A DNA stretch of 64,000 bases from Selaginella moellendorffii (Eukaryota; Plantae; Lycopodiophyta), in contig NW_003314304.1 of the NCBI RefSeq assembly GCF_000143415.4, positions 130,169-194,168 on the forward strand, given 5' to 3'. A program made the position numbers and the translations under genes. Shown here piece after piece: positions 13,168 through 29,426 of the stretch. The notes beneath the pieces are model-generated. The model was not told the DNA's origin, made no database searches, and was given only the letters and a program-made list of their open reading frames with translations. Within the stretch, counting starts at the first letter, position 1. Each line of letters starts with the position of its first letter.

Positions 13168-13431
13168 CGCGCATCCGCGATTTCCTAGCTAGCCCTAGCT
13201 TACGCACAGCTCTCCCACTGCTTGACCTAGGTCCTGTACTTTCACCCAGTGTTCCACTCCATTCGCGCGGGGGTCAATGCACGGAGAATATTCCAATGGC
13301 ATAAAAACGATCCGAATATTCTAATGACATAAAGAGTTAGAATATTCTAATCGCTTGAAAGGATCTTTTTGAAACGGAATATACTGAGGAACAATAACGC
13401 TTGCCACCGCCAAGTCAGCATCCGTGAAGCC

Positions 13432-13744
13432 ATGGCAGCGAGAGCTCACGAGTGCCCATTCAAAGACTCGAAGTGCTCGAGGTATGACGATTGCATTCCG
13501 GAGCTGCGCGAAATCGTGGAGGATTTGCGCTCCGGGCCAGCGCTGCTCGACTTGCTTGTACAAGAAGGTGCTCAGGCTGCAAGACGAGCTTGGCGTGAGC
13601 GAGAGCGAGGCGACTCTGGAGGCGCGCCAGAGGGGGATCGTGTCTGGGGCCCCGGACGAGCAGCGACGACGACCATCTGGCCGGGAGGAGCACAGCCGCG
13701 AGCGATTCAGCTTTGGATGGAGAATGCCGCCTCGAATCACATAA
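13432..13744 (+). pseudogene. Putative small orphan gene disrupted by a 4-bp (CTTG) duplication
   Basis: Two GC3-rich frames join into one ~102-aa ORF (…PELREIVEDLRSGPALLD/LYKKVLRLQDELG…) if one copy of cttg-cttg at 13551-13558 is removed. Confidence 0.35.
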
Positions 13745-13988
13745 TTTCTTCTTTGATTCTGTCTAGATTTGATGATGATCTTCAACTGAATGATCGATCG
13801 CCTCATCACTGTGATCCAGAATTTTCCTGGAAATCCTCGAGTAGAGGCAAGGAACAGAGAAGGAGAAGCGGTTATTCTGCGGTGATCGTCAAAGCGATCT
13901 ACGTGCGCGAATCGAGAGAGAATGAGCCAAGAACACGAAGGGCGATGACTAGGGTTAAAGTTTTAGGGTTTTTTTTCGGGTGGGAGCG

Positions 13989-14449
13989 ATGACAACGAGC
14001 ACGCAGCCACAATCGCCGGCGCTTCTTCGTCTCGCTCATGTCGAGCGGGTAAGGCTCAACAAATCCGTGAGAATGATCTTGTTTCTTTCGTTAGAAAATC
14101 GTCCAGGCCGTGGAGTTTGCTGGAACGGTGATGGAGGAGCTCGCCAATGCGGGAGGGCCAAGAATGGAGTTTGTGACCACACAATGCCACGAGTTTATGA
14201 AATCTATGAAGGTACTCGGAGTGGTGTTCTATGCCTGGTTTCATTTTTTTCCCCTCTTTTGTCCAGGACATTCAAACGGTCCTGCACGAAGAGATCAAAA
14301 GTATGTGCGAGTACCGCCCTTATGAGAACTGTGACTACATTCCTCGGATGGGTGGAGAAATCAGTCTAAAGAAGATCGACTGCGTTCTGGATGAGCTCCA
14401 AAAACTCGAGGACACGATCAACAATTATCAGAGCTCGGGACCATCCTGA
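13989..14449 (+). CDS. MED11: Mediator complex subunit 11 (3 exons)
   Basis: Spliced product LLRLAHVER|KIVQAVEFAGTVMEELANAGGPRMEFVTTQCHEFMKSMK|DIQTVLHEEIKSMCEYRPYENCDY matches plant MED11. Confidence 0.9.
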
Positions 14450-15185
14450 CTCCAATGTGGTTTTTCTCCATCTCAAAGGTAAGCTTCTTTCTCTCCTTTG
14501 GACTTTGGGGTCTCAAGTTTTAGAACAAGGATGAAAGTGATGAAGCATACAGGTACTGCTGATTGGCATTCCTGGAACAAGGTTGGAAACTTTTTGGTAT
14601 GGTCTTTTGAGGATTGTGCCAAGGATTTTAGCCTGTAGCCACGTGTTGAGCCTGAGTTTCTGATTCCTCTTTCGTTGTTTCTTGCATAGTGTGGCATTCT
14701 TTCATATCTAACTGATGACACACTAGTGCCAGGGGTCAATGAGAGAGACTCCACGCAACCAAAGTTTTCCAAAGTCTTTCCGTGCTATGACAGCTACGAC
14801 ATAGCGACGAGAGAAGATCAATCAAAAATTTTCAGCTGATTTAGACAGGTAGAGTTTTTCTTTCTTTTCTTTTTTCACTTTGGTCGTTTTTGTGTTTTTT
14901 TTTTTCTGTACTCACGAGGAAAAATATTGTAACGCTTGTCGATAAGCTTCCAAGCTAGGATCATCCTGTTCTCTGTTCCTCGATTGCGAAACTGGATTTT
15001 ACGTTGCAGGATATGAAGTCAAATGAATTTCAGAATGGAAAATGCTACGAACATGCCAGGTAGTTCCCTCTCGTCCTTTTTTTTTTGTCCAAACGAACAC
15101 GACTAAGCTGGATGAATTGCAGACGTCTCAATGCCCGGCTTGAAATACATGAGCTCAATCTCCTCCAAACCTTACCAGGGGCCGA

Positions 15186-16916
15186 ATGGAACCGTTTCGT
15201 GGTTTGAAGCTACTCAGGAACATCGCCAGGAACAAATGGATGGCCGTGGTAGCAACTTTCTTCATCATGGCTACCGCTGGAGCAACTTACAGCTTTGGGC
15301 TCTATTCCCAGAAAATGAAGACTACACTCGGTTACAGCCAGAAAACCATCAGCACGATTGCTCTCTTCAAAGATCTCGGTGCCAAGGTTGGTCTCGTGTC
15401 CGGACTGATATATGATGTTACGGGGCCGTGGGTCGTACTGGGAATGGGTGCTGTGCTCAACACTCTCGGCTTCCTCATGATCTGGCTAGCTCTTACTCGA
15501 AGGATATCGGCTCCACAGATCTGGCAAATGTGCCTCTACATCTTCCTCGGGACAAACTCTCAGTCGTTCACCAACACCGGAGTGGTGGTCACCTGCGTCA
15601 AGAACTTCCCAAACAACAGAGGCTTTCTCATCGGGCTGCTCAAAGGGTTCGTGGGACTGAGTGGAGCGATCCTCACCATGGCATACGAAGCCATCTACGG
15701 GACAAAGGATCCAGCAAACTTCGTCCTCCTGCTTACATGGCTTCCTCCCAGCGTCTGCCTCCTCTTTATGTTCTTCGTGAGGAGAACGACACCCAGCGGC
15801 GAAGACCAGGCACGGGTCGAGAAGAGAATCGCGTACGTGTTCTTCGTCATTTCCGTGTCGCTGGCGATGTACCTTATGGTGATCATCATCGTCAAGAACC
15901 TGGACGGGGTGGTCATTCCTCGCTGGGTGATCCAGCTGCTGGCCGTAGTTATGCTGGTCATCATTCTTTTGCCACTGGGAGTGGTGCTCAAGCAGGAGCT
16001 CCAAGGGTGGAAAGGAGGTACAGTCGCTCAAGAACAGCATCCAGATTACGTCCGAACAGATGAACAACAGCAAGAGCAACGACAGGGCAAAGAACTGGAA
16101 GAAGTTCCTGCAAAAGGACTGGAAGAAGGTCCCTCAGAAGTGGAAAATCTAGTCGACAAGAGGAAGAATTGGAGTTTGCGGAGAATTGTTCATGCCATCT
16201 TGACCAGGCCTCCCAGGGGTGAAGACTACACCATACCCGAGGGGATTTTCAGCATCGACATGCTTCTCATCTTCGTCTGCACGACCTGTGGCTTTGGAAC
16301 GGGCTTAGCAGTCTATGACAACCTCGGACAGATTGGTGACTCTCTTCGTTACTCCCACGAACAAGTCGGGACTTTCGTCCAGCTCCTAAGCATCTGGAAC
16401 TTCCTCGGCCGTGTGACCATCGGCCTCGTCTCGGACATTTTCCTCCAAAAGTTCCAGGTACCTCGTCCGTTCTTCTTCGCTCTGACTCTCGGCCTCTCAG
16501 CGCTCGGCCAGCTCTTCCTGGCTCTCAACTTCAAGTCGGCGCTGTTCATGTCCTCGATCCTGATTGGCTTCGGCTACGGAGCCCAGCTTGTGCTCATGTA
16601 CATCCTCACCTCGGAGTTTTTCGGGCTCAAGTACTACGGGACTCTCTACAACGTTTGCAACATGGCCAGCCCTCTCGGGAGCTACGTGTTCTCGGTGAAG
16701 ATTGCGGGGGAGCTGTACGACAAGGAGGCTCTCAAGCAGCAAAACTCTGGAGGAGACCACCATGGCCTCCTCTGCTATGGAGCTCGCTGCTACAGGCGCT
16801 CCTTCATCATCTCCACCGCTACTTGTGTTTTTGGCGTGCTCGTAGCGCTCGGTCTCACGCTGCGGACTCGGAAGTTTTGCAAGGAACTGGCTCTCAAACT
16901 CAGGAAAAGAAGATAG
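15186..16916 (+). CDS. Nodulin-like / NFD4-like major facilitator superfamily protein, intronless
   Basis: 576-aa ORF with many transmembrane segments; motifs AGATYSFGLYS, NTGVVVTCVKNFP.NRG..IGLLKGFVGLSGAI, SEFFGLKYYGTLYN and CYGARCY. Confidence 0.93.
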   Translation: MEPFRGLKLLRNIARNKWMAVVATFFIMATAGATYSFGLYSQKMKTTLGYSQKTISTIALFKDLGAKVGLVSGLIYDVTGPWVVLGMGAVLNTLGFLMIWLALTRRISAPQIWQMCLYIFLGTNSQSFTNTGVVVTCVKNFPNNRGFLIGLLKGFVGLSGAILTMAYEAIYGTKDPANFVLLLTWLPPSVCLLFMFFVRRTTPSGEDQARVEKRIAYVFFVISVSLAMYLMVIIIVKNLDGVVIPRWVIQLLAVVMLVIILLPLGVVLKQELQGWKGGTVAQEQHPDYVRTDEQQQEQRQGKELEEVPAKGLEEGPSEVENLVDKRKNWSLRRIVHAILTRPPRGEDYTIPEGIFSIDMLLIFVCTTCGFGTGLAVYDNLGQIGDSLRYSHEQVGTFVQLLSIWNFLGRVTIGLVSDIFLQKFQVPRPFFFALTLGLSALGQLFLALNFKSALFMSSILIGFGYGAQLVLMYILTSEFFGLKYYGTLYNVCNMASPLGSYVFSVKIAGELYDKEALKQQNSGGDHHGLLCYGARCYRRSFIISTATCVFGVLVALGLTLRTRKFCKELALKLRKRR

Positions 16917-17126
16917 GAAGGAATTCTCCGTACGAAGCTGTACGGATATAACAAACGGAAAGCGATATTCTATTTCTGGTACGGGTATGTACGGACGATA
17001 ATTGTAAATATGAACAGGGTTCGAATCTGGCGGTGGGAACTAAGATTTCTTTCCCTAGATTTTTTAGTGAGAAAGCGCGGGAGCGAGAGCGCGCCTTGGA
17101 TCTAGGCTAGTGGCGGCGGCAGCGGG

Positions 17127-18557
17127 ATGGAGGAGGAAAGCGAGGTCATGACGATCGAGGAGTTTCTGGAGAACCAGGAAGCGGAGGAAGAGGTATGGCT
17201 GTTAGATTGGGGTTTGAGGACTGAAGGAATAGCTCATTCCAGAGCGCCGATCTTGTTTTTGGCGGCGATGAGGGCAAGGAATGCACGTACAACGAGGGAT
17301 ACATGCCTCGGCAGGCCGTGTTCTCGTGCTTGAGTTGCGCGCCCCAGGGGAATGCCGGGATTTGCACGGCTTGTTCTTTGGCTTGTCACGATGGACATGA
17401 GGTGAAAATGAAGGATTTATGCGCTTTCTCTTGCTGATCTCCATTTTTGTTTTTCTGTTCGCTTTCTTCTGGTACTTAGATTGTGGAGCTTTGGACAAAA
17501 AGGAACTTTCGATGCGACTGTGGCAACTCCAAGTTCGGTGGGAAAGACTGCAAGCTTTGGAAGGAGAAAGACGCCGAGAACAAAGAGAATGCTTACAACC
17601 AGAACTTTGTGGGGCTTTACTGCATTTGCCACCGCCAGCATCCAAACCCCGAGGACGAACACCTCGGTGAAATGCTGCAGTGCTGCATTTGCGAGGACTG
17701 GTTTCATGAAGCTCACCTTGGTCTGCTATCCTCGGAGAAGGTCAGCTTTGTGTTTCCTTTTGAAGTCTAAGCTTTCTGGTCCATTTCATTAGGTGCCAAG
17801 GGACGAGGATAATGAGCCCTTGTTTGACGAACTGATCTGCCAAAATTGTGTTGGACGGTGTAGTTTTCTCTTTCGGTACCAGGAGCTTCTTATTCCGCCT
17901 GGTATACCAGACGAAACCCATCCAGTTGAGCAGTCTGAAACAAGCACGGAGGCTCCTGCCAACGTTGCAGTCGAACAAACAATGGGAAGCAAGGCCGAGA
18001 AATCCGATGCTTTAACTTCCGGAAAGAAAGAAGAAGGTTCCGTGAGCAATGGAGTTTCGGATGTGGCTGGCTGCTCTCAATCCAGCAATTCCATTTGCAA
18101 GCTCAAGCCAGCCAACGTGAACGCGGAGACTGGAAACTGCTTCGGAAAGGCTCTGTTTTTGGAGAGAAGCTGGAGGACCAGTCTCTGCCAGTGTGATTCC
18201 TGCGTGGAGCTGTACAAGACCAGAGGATTGAGCTTTCTTCTGGACAAGCTGGACACCCTTCAGTCCTACGAAGCATTGGCAAAGGAGAGGCGAAAGACAC
18301 GGATGGAACAAGCCGAAGGTGCCAGCATGAAGCTTCTAAATAACTTGGACCACGTCGCGAAGGTGGAGTTCCTTCATGGTCTCAACGACATGACATCTGA
18401 GCTGAGCAGCTTCCTTGTAAGTGTTTTTATGCTTCGTTTCTTCTGTGATTAATTTTTGCATTCTTGGCAGGGGGATTTCCGCGACACGGGAAAGACTGTG
18501 ACGAGTGCGGACGTCTACGAGTTCTTCGACCGGCTGAAAAAGAGACGCAAGCTGTAG
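17127..18557 (+). CDS. UBR7: UBR7-like E3 ligase (UBR zinc finger + PHD), 5 exons
   Basis: GGDEGKECTY..GYMPRQAVFSCLSC, ELWTKRNFRCDCGNSKF and YNQNFVGLYCIC..MLQCCICEDWFHEAHLG; C-terminus VTSADVYEFFDRLKKRRKL. Confidence 0.92.
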
Positions 18558-18699
18558 CTCCTCTCCGAAGTTAAAAACTTGTTTTTTATTTGATAGGTAC
18601 TTTGGGAAAAGCCCTAGGAGCGAAGATCGCCCTTGCAAGGTCAGTGAATTCTCACTCATGACTCGACTGATAACGAGAGTTTCCAGGTTCTCGAAAAGA

Positions 18700-19365
18700 A
18701 TGTCGACCACAGTGGCTGGAACAATGAGCATTGTGGAGCACGTCGTCTTCTTCAAAGTGAAGGAAGAGACTCCCGAAGAGAAGAAAGTGGCTATGGTGAG
18801 AGAACTCAACGCTCTCAAGTCACTGGAGGGAGTCCTCCATCTCAAAGCCGGGCCAGCTTTGCGAATCTGGCCGTCGCACCACAAACTCAGTGGAGGATTC
18901 ACCCACGTCCTCCACAGCAGGTACTCGGACAAGGCAGGCTTGTCCGCTTACTCGGCTCATCCTTCTCACGTTAGCGTGGTGGAGAAGTTTGTGAAGCCGA
19001 TCGCGGAGGACATCCTGGCCATGGACTGGGAAGCTCGGGTCGCTGCTCCTCTAGAGACTGGATTTGGAGCAAAGAGAGTGGTGGCTTGCAAACTTAAGGA
19101 TGATCCGGAGAAGAACAGGGGGAAGCTTGTGGATCGGCTAGCAGGGAAAACTCCAGCAAGCGCAGGTGTTAACTTCTCTCCAGGGCGAGCTAAAGGTTTC
19201 AACTTTGGAATTTTGTCACTGGTGGGAAGTGTTGACGAGCTTGAGAACCCGGAGATCCTGGAGGGCAGTCTTGGTAGCAATCCCCAAGTTGAGAGTTTGA
19301 TCGTCCTGGATTACGCGAGTGGCGACGAGCGAGCTGAGAGCAGCGAGAGCTCAGCGAAAATGTGA
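18700..19365 (+). CDS. Stress-responsive alpha/beta-barrel (Dabb) protein with two domains; C-terminal AKM
   Basis: IVEHVVFFKVK, GFTHVLHSRY..L.AY..HP.H and GVNFSPGRAKGF. Start could be 18658, 18700 or 18724. Confidence 0.88.
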   Translation: MSTTVAGTMSIVEHVVFFKVKEETPEEKKVAMVRELNALKSLEGVLHLKAGPALRIWPSHHKLSGGFTHVLHSRYSDKAGLSAYSAHPSHVSVVEKFVKPIAEDILAMDWEARVAAPLETGFGAKRVVACKLKDDPEKNRGKLVDRLAGKTPASAGVNFSPGRAKGFNFGILSLVGSVDELENPEILEGSLGSNPQVESLIVLDYASGDERAESSESSAKM

Positions 19366-19921
19366 CAAGAAGACAAGAAGAAGAATCTCTTCAAGTTCAA
19401 CTTTAAACAGTTGGAAATCTAAGCTGATAAATCCCAAAGACTTTTCCTTTCTTTTAACGCGTCCTCTACCTAGAAAAACATCTTCATTGAGAAATCCAGG
19501 AGATTTTCAAGGCGATAAGCCGGACAGCATCTAAACATTTTGGCTCTTTAGTTGGATCGTGACAAAGTAACAAACACCACGATGAACTAGCGATAGAGAT
19601 TCCAGGGAATAATTGTTCTTCCTCATTCTGCAATGGCCATCGATGGACCCATTCATCCTGGCTTAAAATGTGAGAGTTTATTCCAGTGTATCACCATATC
19701 AATTTATTTGATCGGTTGAATGTATACGTAGCCATTCATGGGACATGGCATGGCCTATATAAAGGAAAGATTCTGGACATGTGGACAATTCTACAGAAAT
19801 CACGCTATATTCCAAAGCTTAGAAGAATTTATCTTTGAGAAATGGCACCAAATCTGCCACGTAGGCCCAAACTATAGCACGGATGAAAAAAAATTCCATT
19901 TAAATGCGAGGTTTGAAAGCT

Positions 19922-22340
<2,419 letters not shown>

Positions 22341-22411
22341 CAGGCTTGTTCCTCTTTTTATTTAACCGAGAAATATAACTTGAGGTTTCTACTTCGCTTG
22401 TTTCAGAGTTC

Positions 22412-24460
<2,049 letters not shown>

Positions 24461-24934
24461 GGCCGCCTGGGAAAGGAGAGCTTGGCGCATTGGATTTCGC
24501 GAGCCAATGCGCTTTGCCGGTGTGTCACGAGAACGAATATGCCTCTAGGGTTTTGTTATGTCTTAAGCCTACCCTAAACCCTAAATCCTAAATCCGGGTT
24601 TGAGAAGAGAATATTCGCAGCCCCTCTGATCTTCCAAAGGTTTTTTTCTCGTTATTTTGCGAGTCTCGCGGAAGCTCCAACAAAATCGAATTATTTTTTG
24701 CTGCTATGCACGATGTCTGTTAGAAAATAAACTGAAAGAGCTGACATTGGGATTTCGACACAAGGCCCACTGCCAGCATTGCTTTGAAATGCATGCTCCT
24801 TGTAAGAAAAGCTTTGCGAGATCAGTCACTGCAGCATTCTTGTACGAGCAAAATTCTTGTACTACTCGCCCATTTCTCTTTGTGGAGAGTTGCCATTGAT
24901 TGATCTCGTCAAAGCTCCAGAAAACCTTGCTGTG

Positions 24935-24943
24935 CTATATAAA
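24935..24943 (+). promoter_or_regulatory. TATA box of germin-like copy 1
   Basis: CTATATAAA about 90 bp upstream of the ATG, conserved in the inverted paralog. Confidence 0.7.
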
Positions 24944-25034
24944 CTCCATCACAAGAGAACCCTTTCAAGATCTCTCCAGTCCCCATAGATCCATCCAAAT
25001 CCCTTGTGATCTAGCTCTAATCATCCCGTAGACA

Positions 25035-25679
25035 ATGAAGATCTCAGCTCTCATGGTTACCATCCTCGCCTTGGCATTCACCGCAAGCGCCTCCGATCCA
25101 GATCCACTCCAAGACCTCTGCGTCGCCGATACCAACAGCACCATCCGGGTCAATGGCTTCCCCTGCAAAGCCGTCCCGGTTGCTGCGGATTTCAAGTCGG
25201 CGCTCATCAAGAACCCGGGCAACACCAGCAATCCCCTGGGATCCATCGTCACCGCCGCCAACGTTCTTCGCTTCCAGGGCCTCAACACCCAGGGAGTGTC
25301 ATTCGCTCGCGTGGATTTCGCTCCAGGGGGCACGAATCCCCCTCACATCCATCCCCGGGGCACCGAGCTCCTCTTCTTGGTCCACGGGAGGCTCCTGGTG
25401 GGATTCGTCACGACCGGGGACAATAAGCTCTTTCTGGAGACTGTGGAGGAAGGAGAGCTCTTCGTGTTTCCCAGGGGTTTGATCCACTTCCAGCTCAACA
25501 TTGCTGACACCCCGGCTTTCGCCGTGGCGGGATTCAACAGCCAGAACCCCGGGGCCAGTCAGGTGGCAAAGGCGGTGTTTGCGTCGACTCCTCCGATTGA
25601 TGATCGTGTCTTGGCGAGGGCATTCCAGATCTCTCCGGCAACCATCCAGACCCTGAGGAGTCTTATCGGCCGAACTTAA
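25035..25679 (+). CDS. Germin-like protein (cupin), copy 1, intronless
   Basis: Signal peptide, SDPDPLQDLCVAD, germin boxes GTNPPHIHPRGTEL and GELFVFPRGLIHFQ. Confidence 0.96.
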   Translation: MKISALMVTILALAFTASASDPDPLQDLCVADTNSTIRVNGFPCKAVPVAADFKSALIKNPGNTSNPLGSIVTAANVLRFQGLNTQGVSFARVDFAPGGTNPPHIHPRGTELLFLVHGRLLVGFVTTGDNKLFLETVEEGELFVFPRGLIHFQLNIADTPAFAVAGFNSQNPGASQVAKAVFASTPPIDDRVLARAFQISPATIQTLRSLIGRT

Positions 25680-27459
25680 TTCGCAAGAGTCGGTATGTCT
25701 TAAGAATAATTATACATGTTTTTAGGCGGCGGCATTCAATTTCAACAGAATAAAAGGACTTCAACATTGTTATTTAAAACTAGAAACATATGCAATATTT
25801 AAAATCAATGCAATTATAATAAGAGCTCGTTTCTATAAAGAAAGATGTTGATGCATGAGCCTACCTGTGATGTGCATTACAACAACTCTACCCGTTTTAA
25901 CATCCCGCTCCAATGTTCAGCAGATGATAAGCAATGACTACCGCAATAGATCAGAAGGTGAATCTGTCACAACAAGAACTTGGGTGGCACACTCTTTCCT
26001 GTAGTGACCCATTTCCTTTAACTTGTGAATGACCCAAGCTTCCTCATCCAGAAAATTCACGTACCAGCAAGTGATGCCGGCAAAACTCTTCTCAACAGTC
26101 CACACTTCGGAAGCTGGAGAGGAATTACGTTTCATGTCTAAGTAGCTCATTTCACTGGTGAAACTTCGTGTAGTAGGCACATAATTCCAAGTGGTTTCTC
26201 ACAGCATTCCTTGTCTCCCCGAAACTGGTTCCAGGAGCCCATTCCCTGCTTGGGAGACTCAGAAGTTTCCATAAAAACCGTCCATCCTCTCCCTCCCTCG
26301 TTCCATTCTTGTCCCTTTCCTCCACCTCTACAAAACCGGTGAAGGCCCTTCTCCATCACAAACATGATGCCACGGAAGAACAGCGACTGCATCAGGTACT
26401 CGGTCGCCTTGGCCGGACGCGTTCACAACCTTGGGCCGCATGAAAACCTCTGGATTCATTAAGGCTATAGCACTCTCAGAAGTGACTGCGTTGAGGCTGG
26501 CAGAACTTGTAACCGAGCGAACATGCAAGTCTCCTTGAGCAGAGCCATCGAAGTGAAATGAACTTTGAGAATGCCACCCATCTCCAAGACACCACCGTCA
26601 ATAGCTTCCATGAGAGTTATAGTGCCAAAAGTGAGCACTGGTTTTAGGGTTTAGGATAATATAAGTGATAGAGGAAGGATACCAGTCTACTCTGCAAGCC
26701 ATTCTCTCAAAAGCGGTACCGTTGAATGCATGAGATCTCACACGGCCAACTGAAGCCAATGCTCGAGTGAGTGCACTTCCGCCAGTATGTCCGAGATCGC
26801 TTGCCGATGGTGTTCTTCATCTTCGCCACCATCGGAAAGTAGTCATCTTCTCAACCTGCTACTGACCCAGCCGCCAGTTTTTTTCTGTGAACTTGCGTTG
26901 TACAGAGGGGGGCGACGAGCCGGAAAGATGATGCGGCCGAAGTGGATAACAATTGCAATGAGGACGGCTCAATGACGCGTAAGGATCCTCATTCTGAGCA
27001 ACGCAATGTCTTGCTTTCCTTTTTGGTATGCATTGGCTATAGATATATGTCAAAATGCTATGATACTTTCTTTGCAAACACTGGAAAATTTAGCAGAAGA
27101 AGGAAATAAATGATTTATGGTCCTGGGACCATGGAAGAACAATAAACCATTTAGAGATTCTATGCTGAGGGTAGTTCCATGGCTCTATGATTTTACAATT
27201 GACAATTACAAGGAGCTAAGGACTGGTAGCTAATGCAAGAAGAAAAAAAAATTGCAAATAAGGAAACGAGAATTTTCTGCATGCACCGTTGACACTAGTT
27301 ATGCGAATTTCCGTCAATCAAATAAGTAGGTGTTAAAGGACTTGTAATAAAAAAAACGTAGATAAATACCAGATTCCCCAGAATTTGCCACCTGTTCGTC
27401 CCGATTCAGAAATACTTAAACGCAAGAAGAAGATCCATGGAAGATACTCCTCCCTTGTG

Positions 27460-28608
27460 ATGCCTCAACAAGGAGAAGAGAAGCGGAGGGCCTTCGTCAC
27501 CTTCCTCGCCGGCGATGGTGATTACATCAAAGGGGTGATCGGCCTCTCCAAGAGCCTCCGCCTCGTCGACTCGAGATACAAGCTCATCGTCAGTGTTCTT
27601 CCGGATGTTCCGCGCCGCCACACCGATCTCCTCCTCTCCCACGGCTGCAATGTGCGATCCATCCAGCCGGTTCTTCCGCCCCCGGGAGTTTGCGCCTTCG
27701 CGTGGCCCCGCTATGCCATCAATTACTCCAAGCTCCGGATGTGGGAGGTGAGAGCTCTCTCTTTTCCGCCAGGACTCGCTACTGGGTTCCTCAAAGCGGT
27801 GGTCTTTCGATCGGATTTGTGTCGAGATTGCGTCTTCTTTCTTCTCGGGCTCTAATGTGACTTGGGCTTTCTTCTCCAGTTCGAGGACTACGATCAGCTC
27901 TTGTATCTCGACGCGGACATGATGGTGTTTGAGAACATCGACGAGCTCTTCGATCTGTCGCCCCCCGGATCCCTGACCGCCGTCAAGGACTGCTTCTGCG
28001 ACTGGAGCCACACTCCCCAGTTCACGCTCGGCTACTGCCAACAGTGCCCCGGCCGAGTCCCCTGGAACTTCGCCCTCGGCGAGCCCCCGAAGCCTTACTT
28101 CAATGCCGGGATGTTCGTCTTCGAGCCGAGCAGCAAGACCTTCGGCAGGATGGTGCAAGCCCTGGCCGAGAATCATCCCACACCATTCGCAGAACAGGTG
28201 AAAGCTCTGCTCTCGGGAAATTACAACTGCATCTTAATCTTTGCTCCATGGCAGGATTTCCTCAACTTGTTCTTCCAGGACGCCTTCCGGCCGGTTCCAA
28301 ACGCCTATAACTTGGAGATGGCGATGCTGTGGAGGCACCCCGAGAACGTCAACCTGGACAAGACCAAAGTCATCCACTATTGCGCTGCTGTAAGTTTCTA
28401 AGTTCTTCTTCTAGCTCGAAATCCTTTGGAGAAACTCGATTTACAGGGATCCAAGCCTTGGGCTTACACCGGAGAAGGCGCAAACATGGATCGAGAGGAC
28501 GTGAAAGAGCTCGTGCGCAAATGGTGGGGCGTGTATAATACACCACTGTCGCTCGTGGATGGCTGTGGCCCCAAGGATCATCCAGCGTCTGTGAAAGTTC
28601 TCGGGTAA
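27460..28608 (+). CDS. GOLS: Galactinol synthase (GT8), 4 exons
   Basis: RAFVTFLAGDGDYIKGVIGL, YAINYSKLRMWE|FEDY..LYLDAD, GYCQQCP, YFNAGMFVFEPS, TPFAEQ|DFLN and IHYCAA|GSKPW. Confidence 0.93.
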
Positions 28609-29388
28609 AGGTGGCATCCTCTCCAAAGGTAAGATTCGCCGATCGATGTCTTGTAAGCGTAGAGTGATCCATGGAGAACTTTGACGAGCTAACCTTGTAG
28701 CGCCAAAGTGAAATTCGCAGAAGGAAGAACCTCGAATCTCACTTGTATTTCTTCGAAGAGCAAAGTTCTCGTAAACTTTATGATTTTTCCTACTCTGTAA
28801 TTGCACTCTGGTTTGCTATTAAAGGCTAAGCAATATAATTTCTTCTTTTTCGGTGATTACAATCGAAAAGGATTTGGATACTACTTGTTCGTGAATAGGT
28901 CATAGTGTGGCTGTTATGTGCACACTGCTGGTGGCATTGGGCGTGGTGGACGATTGGAAGGAAGCCGAGAACTTGATAAAGGAACACACCGCATTAAGAG
29001 GATAAAAAAGAGTTTAAACTATGCCATTCTTGAAGAGATATTTAATGAGCAATGTGTAAATTCCAGGTGGATCATGTTCTTGAAGAGATTTGTGTATGCT
29101 CATAGATGGTTTTCTTGATTTGTTGAAATTAATAGTGGATCTCACCATGATCAACAGGAGTGGAAACAAAATTTTGCTTACCACAAAGGAAAATCCCTTA
29201 AAGTATAGACATAAATTTTAGAAGACAAGATTAAAATGATTGATTTAGTTTATTTTACATGACCAAGGCTAAGCAAACAAGTTGGCTAAGCAAACAAGTT
29301 TGCTGGACAACCGATTGTAAATGTAGATGCCATTTTTAAAATGCACAAAAATGAGGACCTATAAGTAATAGAAATGAAAAAACTTATA

Positions 29389-29394
<6 letters not shown>

Positions 29395-29423
<29 letters not shown>
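29395..29423. repeat. (TA)n microsatellite
   Basis: Read directly from the sequence. Confidence 0.95.

Positions 29424-29426
<3 letters not shown>

Noticed and set aside
24571-24595. Telomere-like run (accctaaaccctaaatcctaaatcc)
   Set aside because: Only a few degenerate units in a promoter; consistent with ordinary telo-boxes, which occur near many 5' ends here.
25900-26800. Possible RNase H / retroelement remnant (HFDGSAQG on the minus strand)
   Set aside because: Only one short motif, with no other RNase H or RT motifs and broken frames; it cannot be assigned.
29267-29300. 17-bp perfect tandem duplication
   Set aside because: Simple slippage duplication in decayed AT-rich DNA.
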